33,972 nt of DNA from positions 1-33,972 of the forward strand of contig SNRW01000056.1 in the NCBI GenBank assembly GCA_008636045.1, written 5' to 3'. This stretch comes from Streblomastix strix (lineage: Eukaryota). A model generated the notes under the pieces. The model made no database searches. It saw only the letters and a program-made list of their open reading frames with translations, and was not told the DNA's origin. A program made the translations under genes and the position numbers. This document shows, in pieces, positions 11,056 through 23,290 of the stretch (within the stretch, counting starts at the first letter, position 1; each line of letters begins with the position of its first letter).

Positions 11056-13440
11056 TCATACTTTATAGTCTTCATCGCTAATATTGTTAATAAACTCTTC
11101 TTTATCTTCATCTTCAACATACTATTCTAGCTCAGTTATTTTATCTTCTTTAATCTTATATAAATTAAAAAATTTCTTCATATGATGTTGTTTTATGGTT
11201 TTGCAGTTCTTATGAATTTATAATCTGAAATTTCCTGGCTTAATAGAATCTGGATAGTAATATTGAGCTAACTCACATAACCAACCAGCTTTTAACTATC
11301 TGAAATATTTAATTCAGAATCTATCTATGTCAGTTAATGAAACCTTGATAATTTCTTTCTTAACTTCAGCCATTGGGATGATTCTAGCGTCAAATTAAGA
11401 AATATTTAGTTTAAGAAAATATGTTATTAGATTATAATAGAAACCTTCTTGATTTATGTGTTGAAATAGATTGTTGAAGTATTAAGTATTCTTCGTATAT
11501 TTTGAATCGCATTAACATACTAAGTATCATTTATCATCATAATCTAAATGATCAGGATCTAAATGATTGAATACTAAGATGAAATTTAATAAGTTCTTTT
11601 CAACACATGAACTAGAGAATTTCGTACGAATTTCAAATGTTGGATCTGTAATCAATGATTTTAGCTTATCAACTTCATGTTCAATTGAAGAACTGAATGT
11701 TGTAAGCTCATTTAAAACTATAATTACTCAATTACTTAAGATAATATTGAATTTACCAGTAACAGATGTTATTGAAGTAATATTTCTTAATGAATATCCA
11801 GATAATAAATCAGATAATATATTAGTAAAACTATTTTTTTCCACAGACTTATTCATCTCTTAAGATTATTGATACACGAGTCTGTAATTCATGATGTTAT
11901 ATTAATAATGCAAATCATTTCAAAATATATTCATAAACGATTGTATCATTGGAAGATATCACTTATTTTATATTATCTAGATATGATTGTATTAATTCCA
12001 TGTAAATTTGCTGAAGTTCATGAAATTTCCAGCCTTAAAACATAGAAAACACATCTGAATCTTCATTTTTAAATTCAGCTTTCTTAATTAAGAATATCTA
12101 ATTACATGTGATAGCTAATTACCACAGTGTTTTAGAATTCTTTCTATTAAAATGTGCTGGAATCATGTTTAAGATATCTTATGCACTTGATTTACTTTTC
12201 CAAACGAATAAATGTTTCTTTTCCAGATTATCGTATTATTTAAATAAGAATTTTACAGTATCAGAGTGTGTATATCTCAATATTTTAGTCATATCAGATA
12301 TAATATCTTCAACACATTCAAATCTCCCTTTATAAATCTTAGGTTATATATATATGCTAACTTAAATTAATCAGTTAAATAAATATTATTAACTGTAATT
12401 TTTGCTAGATCAATATTTTCATCAACATTAACAGAATTACTACTTGATTATGATTTATTATCTTCAGATTTTTACTTTAGTAGGTATGTATTCCTATTTA
12501 TAATTCTCATCATTAGTTAATGTAACTAATTTCTCTATGTGATGAGGTACATATGATCTTTCAGCGAGTGTAATTCGAGTTCTATCAAAATTATATCTAG
12601 ATTTGATAATTACTCCATGAATTTAACTAATTTTATTATATGCTTCATTAATGCACTATAGATCAACATCAGGAATAGCTTTCATCCCAATAACTGATGA
12701 AGATAACTTAAATAAAGCAGTTTCTTTCTCTGATTTAGCTGCATAATTATGAATAATTAAATTGTTAAGGCGATTTATTAATATATCTGCTTATTATTTC
12801 GTCATATTAACATTTTAACTAACTTTAACATCTTACTCTCGTTATTAATGATATTTAATAAGCTCTATATCTAATACAAATACTTTAAATACATCAAATA
12901 TGAGATCTAGCACTTTTTTATCAAATTTTATTTTCGTCTTACCTAACTTCTCGTACTTAAATACTTGATTTGGTTATTTTAGTTATTATCTGTTAGTTGG
13001 TATATTATATTCAAAGTCTTTGATTCTTGAATCAGGTAAACCTACACATCTCTTACTTTCATTATAATCTACACAAGCAAATATATCTACATCACATTTC
13101 TCAGTAGTTATTTTTTTAACCATTGAATTCCCAACAAATAAAATTAGAGGATCCATATTACAATATATATGTGAACCCCATGACCAGTTTTAACTAAGGC
13201 CACACTTAATTTTGATTGATAAATCTACTCTAAGAGTTCATTTCTTATGATATTTCTCTCTTCTTCACTTAATTTCTTGTCAATATCAATATCAATATCA
13301 ACAATAGCTAAGTACGGACAATCTGCAATATTTATAGCTTTACCAGTAATATTCTTAGTTTTTACTGGTTATTCTTCTTCATCATCTTCTAAGAGAGTAA
13401 TTTCATCGTTGAATTTCTTGAAATAATATAGTTATATCAT
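11056..13440 (-). pseudogene. Prim-Pol (AEP-type) primase fused to SF3/D5-like helicase
   Basis: Primase motifs AIVDIDID, VKTGHG.HIY(CN) and DVDIFA. Helicase Walker A IILRDEQVCGKNSF (decayed G.QG.GKN), Walker B IIVLNEL, LKSLITD, motif C NFILVFNH, and DDK*Y for DRRY. Several frameshifts and TGAs. Confidence 0.85.
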
Positions 13441-15571
13441 ATTCTAAAACAGAAGTTGATGCACTGTTATTATTGATAACTGATAAATCTGAATTAATTG
13501 ATTCATATTCTAAGACTGAAGATGATGCTCTATTATTATTGAAAGCTGATAAATCTGACACTTATTCCAAATATGAAACCGATATAATACTCGATACAAA
13601 AGCTGATAAATCTGAATTAATTGATTCATATTCCAAGACAAAAGATGATGTTCTATTATTACTGAAAGCTAATATAGCTGATTTGACAAATTATGTTGAT
13701 TTAAATTCTGCCCAAATAATATCAGGATAAAAATAATTCAGTGTAATTGGTGTTTCTAGCATATTAAAACAGGGTAAAAATGACGCATCTATTCTTTTTG
13801 TAGGTGGAGGAGATATGTTAGTAAGTTCATTATTAACACAACCGTAATTACAAGAAGTTAGATATATTGCCACTGGAAAGTCAAAAGCATATGTATTCTC
13901 AACATAAGGAGAGTTGAATGACTGGATGGCTGTTCAAGATAATGTAGCAAAATTACATATTTTAGATAATTTATATATTGCTGATAAGGAAGTTACAGAT
14001 TATTGGTGGGATGATTCCGACATAAAAGTACTAGAAACAGAAATATCTGATATGAGTAATGTTATCACAACTCTAGGAACATCTACAGGTGGGGGTAATG
14101 CAATAACTGATATATCAATTGATTGAAATGTGCTAACACCAGCGAAAAATAAAAATTTTGTAGATACAGATTATGATCAAAGTATTAGTGGTTAAAAGAC
14201 ATTTAATACAACAATACATTCAGTTGGAATCATGGTTTAAACGTATAACAATTCAAACGTTGTTTGTGCGGGTGGAGAAGTTAGATCAATTGCAGATATT
14301 TAAAGTGCTTCTCATATTCTAAATCGGAGGATGATGCTTTGCAGTTATTGAAAGCAGATAAGACACAACTGATTGATTCATATAGCAAAAGTGAAACTTA
14401 TGCCAGAGACGAAGTCAATTCTAAAGGTCAAACAAATAACTTTTTAAATATTAAAGCAGATAATGGAGTTTCTTATAGCAAAAGTGAAACTTATGCCAGA
14501 GACGAAGTCTATACGAAAGGTGAAGATGATGCTCTGTTACTATTGAAAGGTGATAAGACATAACTAATTGATTCATTCACCAAAGGAGAAGATGATGCTC
14601 TGTTGTTGTTGAAGGCAAATCAATCAACTACTTATATCAAAATAGAAACTATTTAACTTATATCACAAATTGAAGTTGGTGATGTTGATTTAAGTGGTTA
14701 TTTCAATAAAACAAAAACAGATGAGTTATTAGGTGAAAAAACAGACGCAACCGAACTATCGAATTATGTGACCTTAGGTACCTCATGGACAATAAATGCA
14801 AATAAGACATTCAAAAATGCTTGTAGATTCGTAAATACTATAGATGGAATGTCTACAATTACTGGATCATCATTTGTGAAATCAGGTGCAGATAATACTG
14901 TAGTGTTACTAGGAGCTGGAGGTACTAAACCAATCTCAGAATTCACTACCACAATTGATGATTCAAATTATGTAAAAAAAGATGGTGATGTATAAGATAT
15001 TTAAGGAATTTTACGAAAAACTCCACTAAATTAACCATATCCAGTGCCAACAGATGATGATTATATAACATTAAGAGCAGTGAAAAATGAATTTGTTTCA
15101 TCTATCTATAGTTGTTCTATTAGTGATAATCTAACTGCAACAAAATTCATTAAAACAGGTAAAGATGATATATCAGTTCTATTAGTTGGTGGAGGTGATG
15201 CATTACTATCATCATTTGGAGGAGTATTAGTGGAAGATATAACAAATTTAGTTGTTGATTTACATTCAAATATTACATTCAATTATTTACGACTTGTTCG
15301 TATAGGAAATTTTTATCATTTAATGATGGATTTTCAACCAAAAGCTTAAATTATTGTTGCAACTAATACTTATGTTTGTACTATTGGAAGTTTCAGTAAT
15401 ACCATAACTCCTCCAACACCAGCAAATGCTGTGTATCTTATTTCAATAATAACAAGACAAACGACTTTAATTGGAGGATTAGCAACTAGATAAATTCGAA
15501 TATTTACTGATTCAACAACGCCGCGGGGTATTAATGATGTTGTTGGAGTATAATTTAGGTGGATGTTTTGA
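13437..15571 (+). pseudogene. Repeat-rich tail-fibre-like protein, 5'-truncated
   Basis: In code 6 the listed ORFs 13473, 13914, 14339, 14768 and 15044 join into one gene with a TGA at 14124 and a frameshift near 14312. It contains KADK..LIDSYSK.EDDALLLL repeats, Q.ISGQK.F and VLL.GGG motifs, and ends ...GVQFRWMF*. Confidence 0.75.
13440..14640 (+). repeat. Coding repeats (~22-aa KADK/YSK unit), including an exact 36-bp duplication at 14381-14416 and 14474-14509
   Basis: tatagcaaaagtgaaacttatgccagagacgaagtc occurs twice. gctgataaatctga and gatgatgctct units recur. Confidence 0.9.
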
Positions 15572-15632
15572 TAATAATTCTGTTTATATTGCTTTCCAAA
15601 CAAGTCAATTACTATTATTTTTATACTTTAAA

Positions 15633-17246
15633 ATGAGTAATGTATACATTGATGAAGCATTAATTGATGCAGCAGGACTATTAGAAGTCCCAGAATTATA
15701 TGCTTATATTCATGAGCGTGAACCTAAACCAATTGTTGATGTAATAGCTAATCAAATCATTGTTGGACCATAATATCTTCAAGATTAAGTGAAACATAAT
15801 GACAACAAATTAAGTGTTTAACCTCCTCCTCCAGAACCAATAACACCAATACCTGTTGTTGTGTAGGTGATAACAATACCATTATATACACTGGCATAAC
15901 CATTACTTCCATTTAATATCAATGATGGTGGGACTAAATTCTATAAATTAAGAAATAAAGTAGTATATAACATTGGATTATATCTTAGAGAAGATTTCAT
16001 GGGTTTTGTATTTACTAACTTTCCCGAAGAATTGTGGCTATTTAGTAAACATGCATTAGTGTTAGGAGATGACGGGGGCATAAACAAAATATAATTGGTT
16101 ATATTAGTGAAAAAAGATTTTATATCCGATCATCAATTGGGAGAGTTGATTAAATCACACCAATTAAAGGAAATACTCATATTACAATTGCAGGTGTTTA
16201 CTATACCGATTATGATCTATTAAAGAGAGAAACTAGAGATGTAAATGGTGATGGAAAGATAGGCATTTTAGATGACTAGCATATGAATTCTATTATTGAT
16301 GGAATGAAATCAATGTCATGGGTATAAGATATTATGTAATAATAAATGGAAGCAATTGGTGATAAAGTTCAACCATATGATCCAAGTTAGCCTGTTTCAA
16401 TATCTAATTGTTTCAATAATAATACTATATTAGTGAATAATAAAATATTATATCCACTTAGAGCTGCTTATTTTGTTAAAAAGGGACCAATATGTACATT
16501 AAATTCCAAACTGAAGTTAGTAGTAAAAATGTAAATAATGTATTCAAAGTATTTTAAACAATAGATTCTGATTTATAACCTAGATTAACTAAATTCTTCC
16601 CAGTAAAGACTTCCTATACATCTTTCGCTGGTTGATATAGATTAATGGAAATGACACACCGGATGTTGTTGTGAATTAAGGATTTGGGTTTTATCCTAAG
16701 GATTTATGTGACTTTAATGGATGTTATTTAATTGATCCACTCCCATAAGAATTAAATTTGAATAACATAACATCAAATGGGCAACCTATATCTCATATAG
16801 ATAGTGCTATTATGTAACATGATATTCTACCACCCATACCTATTTCACCATCAGTATTTCCATAATATGCAGTAACTGAAGTGTCAAGAAATTAATTACT
16901 TGCATTAACTTACACACAATATGACTTAGACACCTTTAAGATCTATTTTATTGATGATACTGTTAATAAATTAGTCATGTTCAATATGCATTTGATATAG
17001 AAATAGTTTATAGAAGCTAAACAGTATGTACTTAGTATGAGTGAAACAATAGATCCAAAAAGAATATTATAGTTTCCTGTTATGATATTATATGATTTCA
17101 ATACTGATCCCAATTAAGACATTCCTTCAGCCTATCTCACGGTTATTGATTCAGATAATCCTGTTCGCAGGCATATTCATATATCATCAGAATTAAAAGC
17201 AGATAAAATTGTTAATTATTATATTAGTGGAAGTTACTTTGTTTGA
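15633..17246 (+). pseudogene. Multi-domain putative virion protein with Pro-rich linkers and a DVNGDGKIGILD loop
   Basis: MSNVYIDEALIDAAGLLEVPELYAY...PPPPEPITPIPV...RDVNGDGKIGILDD...YYISGSYFV*. At least two frameshifts, and the end could extend further. Confidence 0.6.
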
Positions 17247-17362
17247 GCCACTTTGTTGACCAGCAAAATATATTTCGTTGACAATGCAAACAGTGAAATT
17301 GTTTATTTCGTATAAACTTAATACGAATCAGCATCTAAAGATATTTATTTTTAGTAAATGAA

Positions 17363-17767
17363 ATGGCTGGAATCTTTCATAAAATCAAATAAATAGCACA
17401 AAAAATTGGATAAGAAGCTAACTGAGCTAGCTAACACATATATATACCCCTTAAACCATATATAGATGCCCTTGCTCTACCTATAGTAAGTAGAGGTTTA
17501 TAAGCTGCGTCAAGTAGTTTAGACGTAATATATGCAAATAATGGTTAAGACAGAATGACGAACATGATAAATTTTAGAAATGATGTAGGGAATTTCATTG
17601 ACGAACCTAGAGTAAGATAATCAATAGAAAATAATAGATATATAAGACTTCATCCGAATGTCTCAAGAAATTTAAAAAGAACTATAGAAACTCATCTTGC
17701 GATTCCAAGTAATTAAACAATAAATGGAACACAATATAGTATTCAAGAAATCGGTGACGATTTTTGA
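17363..17767 (+). pseudogene. Small protein with N-terminal amphipathic helix (candidate membrane-active capsid protein)
   Basis: MAGIFHKIKQIAQKIGQEAN*ASQHIYIPLKPYID...QEIGDDF*. Single frame with one TGA at 17423. Confidence 0.6.
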
Positions 17768-17829
17768 AAATATTTCATTTCAAAATTTTACTTACTACAT
17801 ATGATTAGTTTATTTTTGCTTCAAATAAA

Positions 17830-19543
17830 ACGTGAACCACTTTCTCAATAAGTCAATGCATTTGCAATAACTTGGAACTATCGAAGCAACATTAAAAAGT
17901 AATTCTGTTGATGCATTTAGAAATGATGGAGAACACCATTATTCAATCAAAGAAATCAAACCTGATTATAAATGCCTACATTGTTTGATAAAGAAATTTT
18001 AATTAGTTTATCTGATTCAGATCATGATGTAACATAAATTTAGAATTCATTTCTTTCAATAGTACTAACAGCTAATGTTCAGTTTGACAATAAATTTGAA
18101 GGATTTGAAGAATCTTATAAAGATGGAGCTGTATTGTTCATTGGATTAAAATCAGCTAGTTAAGTTATAACAGAATATACTATTTATCATAGAGGACGTA
18201 CTATTGATGGGACGTTGTAGAATGATTCAACTACCGAATAATTTGTCTATAACACTGTTAAACCACGAAGTGAGAAAAATAATAGAAAACACATTCATTC
18301 TTTGAATGAAAATATACACAAAAATGAAATATCAGTTTGTGATACTTATGTTACAATAAGAGAGATAGGAGAAGCTATTAAAGGTTAAGTTTCTATTCCA
18401 TACATTATGCCAATTAGATTTAGATTATCAATTCCATTAGATGATATCCTTGTATTTAGTGGGTTTACTGATTATCCTAATTCACTATTCGGTGATTTGA
18501 AAATTAAATTTAAAATTAATCCCAACGCATTTGTATTTGCATAAATGAATCCACTTATCAGCATAGCTAAATACTACACTATGAATAAGATTAATCTTCT
18601 GGCTAGCGGACCTGAAAAATTGAAGAATATTGATCTGCTCTTTAAAAAATTGGAGTTTGAAATATCAATATACAAAGTAATTTAGTTAAATGGGATGTAC
18701 TTCAAATCTTATTATCAAAATAAGTATTGAATAAATAACAGAAATTGGATTGAAGAATTTGATGTGTAGTATCATTCCAGTGACATTATCAATAAAGAAT
18801 TATGTTATAACTGAAGTGACTGCAAATATGAGTGATTATAAGGCGACAGATGACTGTTTATGAAGAGTTCGCGAATTCTATGCTAATAGGCCATTTAATA
18901 TACCTTCATAGAGAGTTGAAGCATAGTCATTTCCAACAAGTGCTACTACAATAGGAATAAGAACTTCATAAAATATTCCATTATCACATGTTACAGATTT
19001 ATGCTTGCTATTTTCTAAAGATGCTAGAGCAACAACTTGTTTTGAAAATCCATGCTATCATAATATGTAAGTTACGACATGTGGAAGAAATTTCCCTGAT
19101 ATGCCAATGAATGCACTAGATTAATAATTCTTCTAAATGTAATTTAATGCAAGTAATTTGGATATGTTATTCGAAGCAATTGATGAATTCGAAGATGCTT
19201 TGACAATACCAAGAAACACTGCTTCAAGGAGATTGAATTCTCACACTGATCTGACTTCATTCATGATCACTTTATAATGTGAACGTAATAGTAATGGTGC
19301 ACTAACATTTGATAGATTTGATTCATAAAATTAAAATGTTTCAGTATAATTATGAGGAGCACCAATTTATCAAGGTGATACAGATTGTTATTATAATGTT
19401 GATTTAATGGGTAACAGACCACCTCCACCAATTTTATGCGCTATACATGTTACATTCTGGTTGTTTGGACCTGCAATGTAGGATCATGCGTTTATGATGT
19501 TTATAACACATTTTATGAAGCGATAAGTTAGTTTGAAGGAAGA
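17830..19543 (+). pseudogene. Putative major capsid protein (double jelly-roll predicted)
   Basis: About 570 codons, beta-rich (LFIGLKSASQVI.EY.IYHRGRTIDGTLQN; RLSIPLDDILVFSGFTDYPNSLFGDLKIKFKIN; PLSHVTDLCLLF; TTCFENPCY; GRNFPD; RPPPPILC). Size and position beside the penton-like gene and ATPase fit an MCP. Start lost, with frameshifts and TGAs at 18861 and 19353. The fold is inferred. Confidence 0.7.
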
Positions 19544-19588
19544 AAAATTAATATTTAAAATTATTTTTTATTTTTTTTCTAATCTAAA

Positions 19589-19795
19589 ATGGATCAATAA
19601 ACATATGAGTCACTTAAGCAGCTAGAAACATAACTACTGAAAGATCATTAATAAAAGACTAACGAAATTTTAGAATTTTATATAGACCAAAAGAAAATAT
19701 AAGAATAAAGTTTATATTCAAAGCTTGTTAATGTACGGGATTTATTACGCATAGCAGGAGTATATCTTTAAAGACAAGAAAACCTTAATTAATGA
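19589..19795 (+). CDS. 68-aa helical hypothetical protein
   Basis: MDQQTYESLKQLETQLLKDHQQK...RIAGVYLQRQENLNQ* is open from ATG to TGA in code 6. Confidence 0.6.
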
Positions 19796-19874
19796 AATTT
19801 TTTATCCGAAAGCTAGATAACAAAGTTGTTTATCTTTGGAATAGAAAATGATCTCATAACTTAACAGAAAAAGA

Positions 19875-20219
19875 ATGATATTAACTAAAAATTCAACTAT
19901 ACAAACAGATGAAGAGAATATTCAGTTTTAACTACCTATAGAATTTGTCACATCCAAAAATAGTAGAGAGATAATATTTGTATAATGCAGAACAAATAAA
20001 ACTTTAATTGGGGAAAATCTTTATTTACATTCATCAATTGTATGAGAAGATTAGGATAATGATTAGTATTTTGGTGTATGTGATGAATAGTGCACCGAGA
20101 AACACTTTCGTCAATTAAATCATGATAGAAGTGTATAATTTTTGTTTATGAATATTGATGGTGAATTAGTTGATTAAAATAATATATCATTTATACTTGA
20201 AATTTATTTAGTATTTTGA
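19875..20219 (+). pseudogene. Putative minor capsid/penton-like protein (short single jelly-roll)
   Basis: MILTK...FQLPIEFVTS...LYLHSSIV*ED...VQFLFMNIDGELVDQNNISFILEIYLVF*. The C-terminal D.DG..VD....F.LEL pattern resembles Polinton/virophage pentons. TGA at 20043. Confidence 0.55.
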
Positions 20220-20248
20220 TTAAACATTATTATTTTGTTTCAAATAAA

Positions 20249-20611
20249 ATGAGTCGAGTAATATTTGACAACAAATAGAAAGTAGCTAATAAAATGAACA
20301 ACAATCTACCGAAATTGAAGATAATAGAGAAGTATTAACCTGAGTTAGTAACATTTGATACAGTTGATGAGATCCAATAGTATCTTGTATTGAATAAGGA
20401 ATCAATAGATTAAATGACTACTTAAAAATTAAATAAGACATTTAAAGTCAAAGGGTATTGTATTAATAAACTCTAAGATGCAATCTTTTGAGAAAATGTC
20501 GTGATAAAAATAACAATATAATTGAAAATAATTAATTGGATAAATTAATTAGTGTATTAATTAATTAATAAAGGAATTATTTCAATTGATGGCTTAGATG
20601 AAGAATCATGA
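20249..20611 (+). pseudogene. Viral hypothetical protein
   Basis: MSRVIFDNKQK...TFDTVDEIQQYLVLNKESIDQMTTQKLNKTFKVKGY... frameshifted, ends GIISIDGLDEES*. Confidence 0.6.
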
Positions 20612-21391
20612 GTCTAATATCTTTATTTTTGTTCCGTCAATGCTGTATTATACTATTAAGGCTTATCTCTTTGTTAAATTTATATACTACTCCCAAATTT
20701 TATCTTTATCAAATGGTATAGAAGATTAATAATAAAATAAGTTAAATTTCTATCTATTGAATCCACCAAAAAAGTATATTGTATCAAAATTAGCTTTTAT
20801 ACCTGCATCAAGACCTATTATATCTTGCAAGCATAGGAAATAAGTGATTCTTGGCTATCTGTTCTTGAATAGCTTTTTGAATAATGGTAATTACTTATTT
20901 TTGAACACTGACATTGTATCTTCAAATAGAACTATAGTATGAGAATATTTCATTTTAAAATTCTCTGCTCAAATAGTAGTCAGAATATCCTATTTTGAAT
21001 CTGATGTAAGTTAATTTATTAAATGTTTCTCAACAACTGTATCATAAGCTGCTTTTGCTTCAATTAGGTCATTAAGCACACTATCAATTTCACCGTAAGT
21101 GACAATCTTCGTTGGAATATTGATTAATGTACTCATTTTCTTATATGTTTAATCATTATTGCTATCAGTAACATATATAAATAATGTATAGCAGTTCCTA
21201 ACCTAACTCAATTTGATTCATTCTTTGAATACAATTTAAGATTTTCCGCTTCCTCTCTATCCTATAAGTAAGTTAATAAAATTATTTGTAAAGTTAATTT
21301 TCTTATGAACAGTATTTTATACCTCATATTTATTAGTGACTTATCTCTCTAGTAATACATTTACACATTGCGTTAATGAATGATTTGACAT
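20606..21391 (-). pseudogene. A32-type packaging ATPase, type 1
   Basis: Walker A LIGQRGSGKS (21239-21262), Walker B HTIVLFED, KNRQPRITYFLCLQD, IKAN.DTIYFFGGF. Frameshifts and two TGAs. Confidence 0.88.
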
Positions 21392-21453
21392 TTATTTACA
21401 GTTGAAGCTAATGATTTATATGCAGTTAATATCTATTTTTTTGCTTAAACTAA

Positions 21454-22629
21454 ATGAGTGAACAAACTTAATAAAGTGGATCTTCATCAAATGTTGCAAA
21501 ATAATTACGATATTCGACACGTACTAAACCAAGAGTTAAAGAAGCAGATTACTATGGAAATAAGGGGGCAGTGTTACCATATGAATCGTATCAAAAGACA
21601 ATAGGACCATAATTAACATTAAATTAACAGCTGAAAAATAATAAAGATTATTAAAAGGTTAGAGAATAATAATTAGCTAAAAGAAATTAGATTCTAGCGT
21701 AATCAAGGTAGTAAACTTATGCTCCACAAATGGATTTGATTGGTAAGAATAAAGATATTCAATTTAAGAAAATGTGGTCAAATGAACCTTCCTTTGAAGA
21801 GTGGAAGAAGAGTAGAAAAAATCCTAGGTAACAGAAATGGGTTGGATCTAGTGAAAATATTAATGGTGATAAATTTCCAGAATTTATTGTTCGTGATGAT
21901 AGGGGATTTATTCAATCAGCTAATGGACATAGAATTACAGTTCCAATTAAGCATCAAAGAGTAACCAAATATTTCATTGAAAATCTAACTAAATAAGATA
22001 AAGCTACTAAATATTATAAATCATGGAAAGAAGAAGATAAGCCAGCAGATGATTATAGATATTTCTTTAAAAAATATCTATCTCCATTCTTGAAAGTGCG
22101 TGTCTATACAGTAGCTTAAGTATATTCAGTTATTGGAGAAAGAATTTGGAAGGAAATTATTGCTCCATGGGTATTGTAATATTATGATAAATCATATTAA
22201 AGGTAATTATTTATTAGAGGTGATGCAACAACACTAGCAATATATAAGAAATTGAGTAAAGCAATAAGATAGGCATATAATCAATATTTCATAACTGGAG
22301 AAAGTGAATAAAGAGATAGTTAGGCGATGAAATTAACATAAGTAGGTTATGCAGCATTTTGGAATAATCAATTAGGTGAAACTCCTGATGATACAAATGA
22401 TGATGGAGATGATATATTTACTATTCCAACAGAATAGGCTATTAAAGAGGCAAAATAGAAAAGAGATGAGAAAAGGGCAAGCGAATAGAGAACATATGAA
22501 TGGGATATGGCAAAAATAAAAGCAGGGAAAAAACTTACATTTAGTGAAAGAAAGTCATTAGCAAATGCAAGATTACTACCGTATGAGTTTCAAAATGATT
22601 TAGATGATTATGTTATTGAGGATCAGTGA
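21454..22629 (+). CDS. Intact 391-aa hypothetical protein (candidate core/virion protein)
   Basis: Uninterrupted ATG to TGA frame in code 6 (MSEQTQQSGSSSNVAKQLRYSTRTKPRVKEADYYG...DDYVIEDQ*), with an ENINGDKFPEFIV loop at 21853-21891. Confidence 0.85.
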
Positions 22630-22666
22630 AAATTATTAGTTATTATTATTTTTTATTTTCATTGAA

Positions 22667-22959
22667 ATGAAATTAATTAACTGGAATCTTGTTCACATAG
22701 ATGAATAATGTAAGGTAAAAATGATTGGTAATATCCGTTCTGATAATTATCATAAAATATAGATATCAAAATACTGTTGACTTTTAACACATGATTAATT
22801 AGATGATTATGAGAAAAAATTAAAAATATTTGTGGTGAAGAAGAACTGAAAAATTTTATTTGTGAAATGTAAACAGTTAGTGAAAAATAACACAAATTAC
22901 GTGAATAATACATAAAAGATTGGCGTTAATTTTAAAAACAAATGTGGGGAGAGGAATGA
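22667..22959 (+). pseudogene. Small hypothetical protein
   Basis: MKLINWNLVHIDEQCKVK...LREQYIKDWRQFQKQMWGEE*, with one TGA and one frameshift. Confidence 0.5.
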
Positions 22960-23016
22960 AAATATGCATTGGTTGTGAGGATTATGATTCCAATTATCAG
23001 GATAAAATTAGTTATT

Positions 23017-23225
23017 GATATTTAAGTTAAATCGTCCATGACATTTGAGTAGTGAATATGGTTAATATGTCGTTGTTTATTTGGCGTGGACGAATGATTC
23101 CTACTAACACAGCTAAATTAGTGCTCACTGATGCGGATATTTAAGTAAAATCGTCTATATCATTTGATTTGTGATTACGATTAATTTTTGCGTTGATGCT
23201 CATAGTCATTTGGCATGGACGAATG
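23017..23225 (+). repeat. Two imperfect direct repeats (23017-23096 and 23136-23225), each an inverted-repeat hairpin
   Basis: Both begin GATATTTAAGT.AAATCGTC and end ATTTGGC(G/A)TGGACGAATG. TCGTCCATGACA pairs with TGGCGTGGACGA. Confidence 0.85.
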
Positions 23226-23290
23226 TTGTTATTTTATACGAAAAATCATAGGTTCCAAAACTTTTATACACTATCTCTAGCAATAGAAAT

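Noticed and set aside
13440..14640. CRISPR-like array
   Set aside because: The repeats are in-frame coding units with synonymous variation. There are no unique spacers and no cas genes.
23017..23225. tRNA genes
   Set aside because: No cloverleaf or GTTC T-loop; the structures are simple long hairpins.
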